Of a DNA stretch of 64,000 bases, positions 55,149-63,763 are shown in pieces. The DNA is taken from positions 12,011 through 76,010 of the forward strand of contig CAZWMJ010000003.1 in the NCBI GenBank assembly GCA_964635045.1, read 5' to 3'. The position numbers and the translations under genes were made by a program. This DNA is from an uncultured Gammaproteobacteria bacterium. GTDB taxonomy: Bacteria; Patescibacteriota; Microgenomatia; Levybacterales; UBA12049. Each line of letters begins with the position of its first letter. The first letter of the stretch is position 1. Under the pieces are notes generated by a model. That model made no database searches and was not told the DNA's origin. It saw only the letters and a program-made list of their open reading frames with translations.

Positions 55149-57482
55149 TCAATATCCTCTCCAGTCAAGTAATTTCTGTTTGGCTTGGGCGTCATCGGTG
55201 GCGATGTTGGTTAATATATATTGCAAAGACTCGATCGCTTTTTGCTCAAGCTCAGGCTTGACGACATTTTTTGCTTTATCCAAAGACAAATCATGGTAGA
55301 AAAGCCCAAGGGCATAGTAGGCGTCGCGGTAGTCAGGTTTGAGTTTGACTGTTTTTTCAAGAGCAGATATGGCGTCCCTGCCTTTGCCGTTTTGACCATA
55401 CAGCAATCCCAGATTGTAGAAAATTTTGGCATCGGTGGGAGCCAGCAGGCTGGCTTTTTTTACCGCCTCAAGATCCTCGGCCAGATATTTCGGGTCGGTT
55501 TGAGATAGAGCATAAAACATACGGACGCGGGTTTTCCAAAAGACAACATTGTTGGGGTGTTTCAATACAATATCGTCGCTTAAAGCAATTGCCTGCTCTT
55601 TTAATAATAATGCTTGTTGTCCGGCTTGGCTGGCAATAGTGGGATCTGTTTGATTGGCAAGCGCCGCTGCCAAAATGGCGCTATTTATAGAAAACTCATC
55701 GGCAAAGGTCGGTTCATCGCCTCGTACTTGCACGGCCTCCTGCAGTTTGGGATAGGCCTCCTGATACTGCCCAGATCGATCCAGATTGTAGCCCAAAGCG
55801 AAGGCTTTATCGGCCAGCCAGAAACGAAGCAAAGTAAATTGTAAATAAAAAATAACAAATAAAAGTATGACGATTGCCAGCCATTGATAACTTTTTATCT
55901 CTTCTTTTGGAGATACAGGAGGGTTTTGGGGTTTGATTTGCTCGTTCAGGACAAAGGCGAAGGCGGGGATGAGGAAGAAATAGAGATTGATGATGACCAC
56001 CGAGAAGCCGAAGAAGTTGGAAACTAAAATGGAGAGGTAAGCGCTCAAAAGCGCAATTTCCAATTTCCAATTTCCAATTTCCAATGATTTAGATTTGAGA
56101 TTTTTAAAGATTAGCCAAAGGAATGACCCAATCATTATAAGGTAACTTCCCAAACCAAAAATTCCAGTAGTTGCCAGATAATTTAGGTATTCGTTGTGGG
56201 CTTTGTTGTAGAGAAAATCCCATTCGCTGGTTAGATTATGATTGGTCGGGCGATACTGATAATAGGCAAAGGCGAATGTTTCAACTCCCGATCCAAAAAG
56301 GGGGTTATGGCGGGCGATATCAAGCGCTCCCTGCCAGACAAATCTGCGAATATCTCCCGACTCCGTCCCGCCGGTTTCAAGGGCAGGACCCTGTGGTTTA
56401 ACTTCTAACTGCTTACTACTAACAGCTGACTTTTTGAGACCGGAAAGAGTCCATTTATTCAATTGTTCAAAAGGAGAACCGACCACAAAAGTAATACTAC
56501 CAATAAATATAAATAAAAGTATTAAGTATTTAGTATTTAGTATTTTGTATTTGTTAATCAAACGCGTTTGCCAAATGTAGATTGCAATAAAGAAGGCTAG
56601 TCCTACCCAAAGACCCAAGAAGCCTGAGCGGGAGTTGGTGAAGAGAAAAGCGAGGTAGAATAATATAACAAGTAACACGTAACAAGTAACACGTAACAAT
56701 TTTTTTCGCGTCACGTTTTTCGTGTCACTCGCCACATTGATAACAAAAGCTATGGCAATAGGTATTAAAATAGACAAATACGCTGCCAGCCAGTTGGGCT
56801 GGCCAAGGGTGGAGAAGATGCGCACGCGCGGCTGAAAAGCCTCGGTCCAGCAGGAAACATCCAAATTTCCCCGCAGCATCAAACAAGTTGGATCATAGCC
56901 AAAATGAGAAGGCAGTCCCCAGAGAGTCACGATGAGACCGGAGATAAGACTAACAAAGAGTAATCGTTTAACCATTACTATCGCTCGGGGTTCTGCCGCT
57001 CGCTCGTCCAAAGGTGCTCCTTCTAGTGAGCCACTACTCAACGAAGATGCGCCCCTTTGGACGCCTCCGCTCGCGTCACCCCTAGCTCGATGCCATCCCT
57101 CATTAACCACAAAATTACTTAAAAAAGCGTAGTATAAAAATATATAGGAGATGATGGAAAGCAAGCCTCCGTTAAATCTTGAATAAAATCCCCAAATGGA
57201 AGTATGGGTGTCCAGAGAATGAAAAGTTGCGATAATTTGAGAAATCAGGAAAAGAATAATTGGGATATCAAGCGGTGTTCTTTGAATTGAGATTCTTCTC
57301 TGAGTAATCATTTTTACCAGCCAAGCTCCCGCAATCACCAAAGTCAGAGCAAAGGTCAGCCACATCTTGTTAAATTCAAAAAGCTCATAGGTATCCCCGG
57401 CCATGGTCAAAGGGATAAGTAAAAAGATCAGATAGAAGCAGTATTCGATGGCGCGGTTTACGATTTTGGTCAAAGTTTCCAT
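55149..57482 (-). CDS. O-antigen-ligase-like polytopic membrane protein with C-terminal TPR repeats and two in-frame repeat insertions
   Basis: Wzy_C-like loop (NSRSGFLGLWVGLAFF). C-terminal TPR (YNLGLLYGQNGKGRDAISALEKTVKLKPDYRDAYYALGLFY). Contains the (TTCCAAT)n tract at 56051-56092 and a diverged inverted RPE-like copy at ~56985-57110 encoding ...GASSLSSGSLEGAPLDERAAEP... Confidence 0.55.
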   Translation of the reverse strand: METLTKIVNRAIEYCFYLIFLLIPLTMAGDTYELFEFNKMWLTFALTLVIAGAWLVKMITQRRISIQRTPLDIPIILFLISQIIATFHSLDTHTSIWGFYSRFNGGLLSIISYIFLYYAFLSNFVVNEGWHRARGDASGGVQRGASSLSSGSLEGAPLDERAAEPRAIVMVKRLLFVSLISGLIVTLWGLPSHFGYDPTCLMLRGNLDVSCWTEAFQPRVRIFSTLGQPNWLAAYLSILIPIAIAFVINVASDTKNVTRKKLLRVTCYVLLVILFYLAFLFTNSRSGFLGLWVGLAFFIAIYIWQTRLINKYKILNTKYLILLFIFIGSITFVVGSPFEQLNKWTLSGLKKSAVSSKQLEVKPQGPALETGGTESGDIRRFVWQGALDIARHNPLFGSGVETFAFAYYQYRPTNHNLTSEWDFLYNKAHNEYLNYLATTGIFGLGSYLIMIGSFLWLIFKNLKSKSLEIGNWKLEIALLSAYLSILVSNFFGFSVVIINLYFFLIPAFAFVLNEQIKPQNPPVSPKEEIKSYQWLAIVILLFVIFYLQFTLLRFWLADKAFALGYNLDRSGQYQEAYPKLQEAVQVRGDEPTFADEFSINSAILAAALANQTDPTIASQAGQQALLLKEQAIALSDDIVLKHPNNVVFWKTRVRMFYALSQTDPKYLAEDLEAVKKASLLAPTDAKIFYNLGLLYGQNGKGRDAISALEKTVKLKPDYRDAYYALGLFYHDLSLDKAKNVVKPELEQKAIESLQYILTNIATDDAQAKQKLLDWRGY
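56985..57110 (-). repeat. Diverged RPE-like repeat element (copy F) inside a CDS
   Basis: The reverse complement gcgcatcttcgttgagtagtggctcactagaaggagcac aligns to the element core gcgcagttcgttgaagcttgcttcactagaacgagcac. It is a GC-rich island in an otherwise AT-rich gene. Confidence 0.5.
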
Positions 57483-57538
57483 GAATGATTTATTCTAACA
57501 CATTGGTAAAACAGTGGGCAAGATAGTATAATCCAAAC

Positions 57539-58504
57539 ATGGATAAAAGGGCGCGGGTTATTAAATATTTTCAAAATGCCGATCAATTGACGCTGAAAAA
57601 CATCCGCTATCGGCAGTCTTTACACGCTTTATTTAAATGGCTTCTGCAAAATGATGCGGTGGAAAGGGACATTACCACCAAGTTATTCTTTTCCGATTAC
57701 TCCCAAAAGTCAATCGCCCGCATTTTGGCCAGATCGGACACGGTTGTTGCTGGAGCCTTGGAAATAAGTTTTTTTTTGAAAACTTTTACTCGTCTTGATT
57801 ATAAAATTTTAGCAAAAGACGGCGCTTTTATTAAAACGGGAGAAGGTGTTTTAGAACTTACCGGTGAAGCTTACGAAATACTATCTTTTGAACGGGTGAT
57901 GCTGAATATCCTACAGAGGCTTATGGGTATTGCCACCCAAACGCAAAGGGTTGTGGCAAGATTAGACGGGCTCAAACTGACTGAAAAACCTTTGATTGCG
58001 GCCACCCGAAAAACCGCGTGGGCGGCCTTAGATAAAAAGGCGGTGGCGGTGGGAGGGGGAGTGACGCATCGGCTAACACTCTCTGATTGGGCGCTGGTGA
58101 AAGACAATCATCTGGTTCTCATGGAAAAAATGTTTAATTTATCAGGCGAGAAAGAGACGGCGGTAAAAGCGCTTTCGATATTTTTGAAAAAATCCCGCAA
58201 GTCTTTTATGGAAATTGAGGTGGAGAAAAAAGATACCATCGAGGCATTAATTAAAACTTTTCTTTCGCATAAAACGGATAATGTTCTTGGCATCATGCTG
58301 GATAATTTTTCAGCCGCTCTGGCCAAAAATGCGCTTACGGAGTTGAAAAAAAAATACGATCTAAGCCGCATTATCTTTGAGGCCTCGGGAGGCATAACTG
58401 CTGAAAATCTTATGGAGTGGGCCCAAAGCGGAGTGGATGTTATTTCTCTGGGGGCGCTGACTCACTCGGTTAAATCAGCCGATTTATCTTTAGGTGTAAG
58501 ATAG
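57539..58504 (+). CDS. nadC: Quinolinate/nicotinate-nucleotide phosphoribosyltransferase family (NadC/ModD-like)
   Basis: GIMLDNFS block and C-terminal TIM-barrel motifs (EASGGIT). 321 aa. Confidence 0.6.
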   Translation: MDKRARVIKYFQNADQLTLKNIRYRQSLHALFKWLLQNDAVERDITTKLFFSDYSQKSIARILARSDTVVAGALEISFFLKTFTRLDYKILAKDGAFIKTGEGVLELTGEAYEILSFERVMLNILQRLMGIATQTQRVVARLDGLKLTEKPLIAATRKTAWAALDKKAVAVGGGVTHRLTLSDWALVKDNHLVLMEKMFNLSGEKETAVKALSIFLKKSRKSFMEIEVEKKDTIEALIKTFLSHKTDNVLGIMLDNFSAALAKNALTELKKKYDLSRIIFEASGGITAENLMEWAQSGVDVISLGALTHSVKSADLSLGVR

Positions 58505-58544
58505 TACCTGTAGCCTCCCAGGCCAGGCCTGGGAACGTAATAAT

Positions 58545-59435
58545 TTATTCTTTAACGCACTTCCCCCCGGCGTCGGGGTGGGAGCTATCCAATTCGCAGG
58601 TGTATTCTGTCGGACACTTTGCATCGGTAATCCTCCCGCAAGATTGACCTGATTCTATTTTTAATATGCATATGCCATCGGCACATTCCTTATCGTTTTG
58701 AATGATTTCATCTTTCGGGATTATTGCTGATTTTTGATTAGAATCTATAAATTTAAAGGTGGAGAGAATTTGATCCAATAATTTTATGTTATTTACCGGA
58801 TCTTCATAAAAGACAAACTGAATTATTTTGTCGCTTATAGAAAAAGATACTTCTTGATGGTAGGTGCCTGCAAGATATTGATTTTCCGGGATTATTCCGC
58901 TGACTTTGACAGCATTAACACCGTCAATAATTATGTTTTCGCTCTTTAGATATTTATCTTGCTGTGGATAGCCAGCTTTTTGAAATTCGTTTTTATTCCA
59001 AATTGCAACAGTTACAAGCGCAAATGGTCCTTCGTTGACCTCGTTGATATCAATATCGTTTTCTGTTAAAAAAATCTGGTCGCCAAATTTTGGTGATTGT
59101 TTTAAGTATACCGTTGGCGGATATCTAAATTGGAATTTATATTTCTCGTCCTTATACGTTTTCCAGTTGGCAGTTGGGTCTGTGGTGGGGGTTGGAGTTA
59201 GTGGAGAGGAAGGCTTGATTGAAGTTTGCGGAGAAGGTTTCGGGGTTTGTTTATTTGCTTGATTTTTAACAGCGGACATGATTACTGTGGAAAAGATGAC
59301 AACAATAATTAATATTATTAAAATCAAGTTTAACGGAAATATTTTGGGAGAGGGCGGTTGAGTGGAGAGAACCGGAGATGGAGCAACAGGAACCGGATTG
59401 ACAGGAACCTGGGGCTGCGGCAAATTTTCTTCCAT
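58545..59435 (-). CDS. Type-II membrane surface protein with Pro-rich N-terminus and Cys-rich C-terminal module (paralog 1)
   Basis: The N-terminal 58 aa and C-terminal ~75 aa are near-identical to the 59863..60789 product. The central ~160 aa are unrelated. Confidence 0.5.
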   Translation of the reverse strand: MEENLPQPQVPVNPVPVAPSPVLSTQPPSPKIFPLNLILIILIIVVIFSTVIMSAVKNQANKQTPKPSPQTSIKPSSPLTPTPTTDPTANWKTYKDEKYKFQFRYPPTVYLKQSPKFGDQIFLTENDIDINEVNEGPFALVTVAIWNKNEFQKAGYPQQDKYLKSENIIIDGVNAVKVSGIIPENQYLAGTYHQEVSFSISDKIIQFVFYEDPVNNIKLLDQILSTFKFIDSNQKSAIIPKDEIIQNDKECADGICILKIESGQSCGRITDAKCPTEYTCELDSSHPDAGGKCVKE

Positions 59436-59588
59436 AACTTTACTTTACCATATTGGGAAAATGAGAGCAAGGAAAGATATTATCGGCGATGAGATTTAGA
59501 AGATAGTTTGTAGGCGATATAAAGAAGAAGTCCTGTGATTAGAACTAGAGATACGGCGATTTGTGCAATAGCATTACTAACCCAAAAA

Positions 59589-59807
59589 TTATTCATTTTC
59601 TAACTTTTTCTCAAACAACACTGTTAATAGTAAGAATATTGTACCCAAGGCAATGTCTGCTGTCAATATGAAGATGTCATATATGCTTTGGGGAAGCGAA
59701 ATTGCTGATCCGACAAACGGGACTACAAAGAAAGCGGCAGATATGTTAATTGATAAACCAGAAAGAGCTTTAAGCCAAGGATTGGTTAAAACTATTCTCA
59801 TAAACAA
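59589..59807 (-). CDS. Small 2-TM membrane protein between the paralogs
   Basis: 72-aa hydrophobic ORF. Weak. Confidence 0.2.
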   Translation of the reverse strand: MFMRIVLTNPWLKALSGLSINISAAFFVVPFVGSAISLPQSIYDIFILTADIALGTIFLLLTVLFEKKLENE

Positions 59808-59862
59808 TTTTATCAGGTATTAACCTTACTTTAACATATTGGCAAAAGGGGAGCAAGATTTT

Positions 59863-60789
59863 CTAATAAATTCTAACGCATTTCCCTCCGGCGTCGGGGT
59901 GGGATCCATCTAATTCGCAGGTGTATTCTGTCGGACACTTTGCATCGGTAGTCCTCCCGCAAGATTGACCTGATTCTATTTTTAATATGCATATACCATC
60001 GGCACATTCCTTATCGTTTTGAATAACTTTATCTTTCGGGGTTATTGCTGATTTTTGATTAGAATCTATAAATTTAAAGGTGGAAAGGATTTGATCCAAT
60101 ATTGACAACAGCTCTTTATCGTAGTTAATAGGAGTTTCATACCATGTTTTTCCAAATCCGGCTGCCGTTGAGAACATTTCTAAATTAGGTTCTTTTTTAC
60201 ATATAGTCCATATTAGATTATTGGTTGAAGCTGATTCGGTGGTTTTGGGTCTTCTAAAGGTAAATTCAGCAGCTTTTATTTCGACAAAATCTTTGAATTT
60301 GTCAGACGGAATTTCGGATGGTGGACTATCCGGGAATCGGCAAACATCTGGTCCCCAAGCCATTGGGTTATAGCTCCTAAAAACGTGACCATTCTTGGAG
60401 ATTGAAATATCTTGACTAAGTTGAATGTTTCCATCTTTATAGAGATCTACTTCTTTTGACTTGTCTTCTAAAACCCAACTTTCCGGATACTTGATTGAGG
60501 ATTTGCCGTCTTTAATGATGTAAGTTTTCCAATTTGCTGTTGAATCTGGCGTGAGAGTTGGTGTGGATGTGGGGGATGGTTGGATAGATGGCGATGGGGT
60601 TTGTTTATTTGGTTGATTTTTAACAGCGGACATGATTACTGTGGAAAAGATGACAACAATAATTAATATTATTAAAATCAAGTTTAACGGAAATATTTTG
60701 GGAGAGGGCGGTTGAGTGGAGAGAACCGGAGATGGAGCAACAGGAACCGGATTGACAGGAACCTGGGGCTGCGGCAAATTTTCTTCCAT
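59863..60789 (-). CDS. Type-II membrane surface protein with Pro-rich N-terminus and Cys-rich C-terminal module (paralog 2)
   Basis: See paralog 1. The 5' ~200 nt (60590-60789 versus 59236-59435) are identical at the nucleotide level. Confidence 0.5.
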   Translation of the reverse strand: MEENLPQPQVPVNPVPVAPSPVLSTQPPSPKIFPLNLILIILIIVVIFSTVIMSAVKNQPNKQTPSPSIQPSPTSTPTLTPDSTANWKTYIIKDGKSSIKYPESWVLEDKSKEVDLYKDGNIQLSQDISISKNGHVFRSYNPMAWGPDVCRFPDSPPSEIPSDKFKDFVEIKAAEFTFRRPKTTESASTNNLIWTICKKEPNLEMFSTAAGFGKTWYETPINYDKELLSILDQILSTFKFIDSNQKSAITPKDKVIQNDKECADGICILKIESGQSCGRTTDAKCPTEYTCELDGSHPDAGGKCVRIY

Positions 60790-60884
60790 AACTTTACTTT
60801 ACCATATTGGCAAAAGACTAACAAGCTGTTAGAATACTACCAAATCCAAATAAACAAATAAACCAATCAATAAGTTAATGTTTA

Positions 60885-61262
60885 ATGAAAAATATAGAGA
60901 AAATAAAGGATATCCATGAAAGAATTTACCAGTTTGTAGTGCGTGTTCTAAAAGTTACTAAAGAGCTTCCAAAAACACCTCAAAACATCATTCTTATAGA
61001 ACAGCTTACAAAATCAGCGACATCAATGGGAGCTAATGATCAAGAAGCTGATGGGACGGATAGTAGGAAAGATTTTATTGCCAAATATGCCATTGTTCGA
61101 AAAGAAAGTAAAGAGACTAATTTCTGGTTATTATTAATTTCTGACACTAACCTGCCTTTGATAAGAGCAAAAGCATTAGAAATACTTCAGGAAGGACAAG
61201 AAATAGTTGCTATTGTTAGTAGCATTTTAAATAAAACTCGAAATTACAAAAAAAATTCATGA
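60885..61262 (+). CDS. Four-helix-bundle protein (23S rRNA intervening-sequence protein family)
   Basis: 125 aa. IYQFVVRVLKVTKELPKT...LTKSATSMGANDQEADGTDSRKDFIAKYAIVRKESKETNFWLLL fits the four-helix-bundle family pattern. Confidence 0.55.
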   Translation: MKNIEKIKDIHERIYQFVVRVLKVTKELPKTPQNIILIEQLTKSATSMGANDQEADGTDSRKDFIAKYAIVRKESKETNFWLLLISDTNLPLIRAKALEILQEGQEIVAIVSSILNKTRNYKKNS

Positions 61263-61281
61263 TGGTAACTTTACTGTTTTA

Positions 61282-62472
61282 TTGGTAGTATTGGTATGTA
61301 TTGGTAGTATTTTTATGTTAAATCGTTTTTTCTCTCTTTTTTCTCACGACATCGGGATCGATTTGGGGACTTCCAATACTCTGGTTTATGTTACCGGCCG
61401 CGGCATTGCCATTCGCGAACCCTCAGTGGTGGCTCTGCACAAAAAGACCAAAAAAATTATTGCCATTGGCACGGAAGCGAAAAAAATGGTTGGTAAAACG
61501 CCGGCCACCATCACAATAGTCAAACCGCTTCGAAGCGGAGTGATTTCCGATTTTGACGTGACGACGGCCATGATTTCCCATTACATCAAAAAAGTTCACG
61601 AGACCGGCGCCCTCATGCCGTCTTTTGCCAGACCAAAGGTGGTTATTGGTATTCCCTCATCAGTTACCGAAGTAGAAAGAAGAGCTGTGTGGGAGGCGGC
61701 GCTGGTGGCAGGGGCGCGCGAGGCCTTTCTTATCGAAGAACCGATGGCGGCGGCCATTGGCGAAGGCGTGTCTGTTTTTGCTCCGACAGGGGTGATGGTG
61801 GTTGACATAGGAGGAGGGACGACTGAAATTGCTATTATTTCTCTGGGAGGGATTGTGGTGGGAAAGTCGTTTCGGATGGCCGGAAACGAGATGGATCAGG
61901 CGATTTTGCATTATGTCAGACTCCGTCATGGATTGCTGCTGGGGGAGCCGACGGCGGAGGAGTTAAAGATAAAGATTGGCAGTGTATATAAAAGTAACTC
62001 AAAAGTCAAAACTCAAAAGTCAAAACTCAATCAGGTAGAGTTAGATGGAGCAAACTTAAAACAGGAAGAGGGGGAGGGGGGGGAGAAAGTTGTAACGGAG
62101 GTGGAAAGGGGAGAGAAAATGGCAATTGTTCGGGGACGAGACATAGAAACGGGACTACCCAAAAGCATCCGTCTCAACGAGACAGAGGTGAGAGAGGCTT
62201 TGGCGCCGGTTATTAGCAGAATCATTGAAGAAATCGCCGATGTTTTAGAAGAGGCGCCGCCCGAGCTGGTGGGCGATATTTTGGAACACGGCATTTTGTT
62301 AACAGGAGGAGGGGCAATGCTGAGCGGATTTGATCACTTAATTATGGAGAGGACTCATATGCCGGTAATTATTGCAGCGGATCCTCTCACCGCTGTGGTT
62401 CGGGGGGCGGGAAAGGTGCTGGAAGATTCTGCTTTTTTACAGCGGGTAAAAGTAACAGGCGGTTTAAAGTAA
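61282..62472 (+). CDS. mreB: MreB paralog with large in-frame insertions, first gene of mreBCD
   Basis: IGIDLGTSNTLVY, VVDIGGGTTE, LTGGGAML. Possible true start at MLNRFF (61315). About 45-aa insertion including the (AAAAGTC/AAAACTC)n tract 61983-62030. Confidence 0.8.
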   Translation: MVVLVCIGSIFMLNRFFSLFSHDIGIDLGTSNTLVYVTGRGIAIREPSVVALHKKTKKIIAIGTEAKKMVGKTPATITIVKPLRSGVISDFDVTTAMISHYIKKVHETGALMPSFARPKVVIGIPSSVTEVERRAVWEAALVAGAREAFLIEEPMAAAIGEGVSVFAPTGVMVVDIGGGTTEIAIISLGGIVVGKSFRMAGNEMDQAILHYVRLRHGLLLGEPTAEELKIKIGSVYKSNSKVKTQKSKLNQVELDGANLKQEEGEGGEKVVTEVERGEKMAIVRGRDIETGLPKSIRLNETEVREALAPVISRIIEEIADVLEEAPPELVGDILEHGILLTGGGAMLSGFDHLIMERTHMPVIIAADPLTAVVRGAGKVLEDSAFLQRVKVTGGLK

Positions 62473-62479
62473 TAGTTTT

Positions 62480-63274
62480 ATGCGGGAGCGAGAAAAATTT
62501 TTGGGCGTTTTTTTTATCTTCTTTTTTTTGTCAGTAACTCTTTTAGTCTTAGCAAAGAGCCAAAGAGCAGGCGGCGTGCAGACATTTTTGGAAAAAATAT
62601 TCCAACCATTTCAAAGCAGTGTTTTAAATTTAACTCGCGCAGTAACATCTCTCACTAAAGATTCAAATTCTGATTTGCGGGAAGAAAATCTTAAATTAAG
62701 ACAGCAATTGGTAGATCAAAAAGCGCTTATTGAAGATAATAAGGCGCTTCGGGATCAATTCCAAACTTCAATTCCTCGATCTCAAAGTGTTCTGCCGGCG
62801 AAAATAGTTGGAGCTCCCAGTCTTGTGCCGGGTATTTCCGAGCCTGAAACTTTTGTAATTGACAAGGGGGCAAATGATGGGATTACAGTTGGGCAGGCGG
62901 TTGTTTTCAAAAATTATCTGGTGGGGAAAATTACCAAAGTGACAGCTCTTTATTCTTTGGTAATACTCTCTATTAATCCGGATTTTTCTATCACCGCCAA
63001 AGACGTGGAGACGCAAGCTCCGGGTGTGGTAAAAGGAAGAGGTAGCGGCACGATGATTTTTGACAATGTAATACTATCCGATCGGCTTACCTTATCCGAT
63101 CTTGTGGTGAGCAAAGGTGAAATGGATATAAATGGGGGGGGAATTCCCAAAGATATTATAGTTGGAAAAATTACATCGATTGATAAAAAACCAAGCGCTC
63201 TTTTTCAAACAGCTTCTGTGAAAAGCTTACTTGATTTTTCCAGAATGGAGACGGTTTTCGTATATCTTCGATGA
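62480..63274 (+). CDS. mreC: Rod-shape-determining protein MreC
   Basis: N-terminal TM, coiled-coil (LREENLKLRQQLVDQKALIEDNKALRDQ), beta-rich C-terminal domain. Position after mreB. Confidence 0.7.
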   Translation: MREREKFLGVFFIFFFLSVTLLVLAKSQRAGGVQTFLEKIFQPFQSSVLNLTRAVTSLTKDSNSDLREENLKLRQQLVDQKALIEDNKALRDQFQTSIPRSQSVLPAKIVGAPSLVPGISEPETFVIDKGANDGITVGQAVVFKNYLVGKITKVTALYSLVILSINPDFSITAKDVETQAPGVVKGRGSGTMIFDNVILSDRLTLSDLVVSKGEMDINGGGIPKDIIVGKITSIDKKPSALFQTASVKSLLDFSRMETVFVYLR

Positions 63275-63657
63275 AAAATTGGTTTCTGCTGTTAATCGCA
63301 ATTTTACTGGCTATTTTTGAAGGCACAACTTTGATACTGCCGATAGTTTTTATTTATCTAAACATTTTATTTATCAAGAAAAGAAATCTTTTTATGTTCG
63401 TTATTGCTTTTGTCTGCGGGCTGATTTTGGATGTAATAATGCTTAAACCAATTGGGCAAAGCAGTCTTTTTTTTGTCGTTTCGCTTTTTGTGATTGAACT
63501 TTATGAGAGAAAATTTGAAACAAGGACTAATTGGTTTATCCTGCTGTCGTCATTCTTAGGCAGTTTTGCCTATCTGCTTTTGGCGGGAAACCACGATATA
63601 ACAAAACTGTCGTTGATAAGCAGTATCGTTGGGTTTTTATTGTTTAAACTATTATAG
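63271..63657 (+). CDS. mreD: Rod-shape-determining protein MreD
   Basis: 128-aa polytopic membrane protein overlapping the mreC stop by 4 nt. Position-based call. Confidence 0.55.
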   Translation: MKNWFLLLIAILLAIFEGTTLILPIVFIYLNILFIKKRNLFMFVIAFVCGLILDVIMLKPIGQSSLFFVVSLFVIELYERKFETRTNWFILLSSFLGSFAYLLLAGNHDITKLSLISSIVGFLLFKLL

Positions 63658-63658
63658 A

Positions 63659-63756
63659 GAGGGGTCCTGTCAGAAGTTTTTCCCGCCAGTGCTCGTTCTA
63701 GTGAAGCAAGCTTCAACGAACTGCGCGCTGTCGGGAGCCCTAACTTCTGCCACCCC
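63659..63756 (+). repeat. RPE-like repeat element, copy E
   Basis: ggggtcctgtcagaagtttttcccgccagtgctcgttctagtgaagcaagcttcaacgaactgcgcgctgtcgggagccctaacttctgccacccc. Confidence 0.75.
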
Positions 63757-63763
63757 TGATTTT

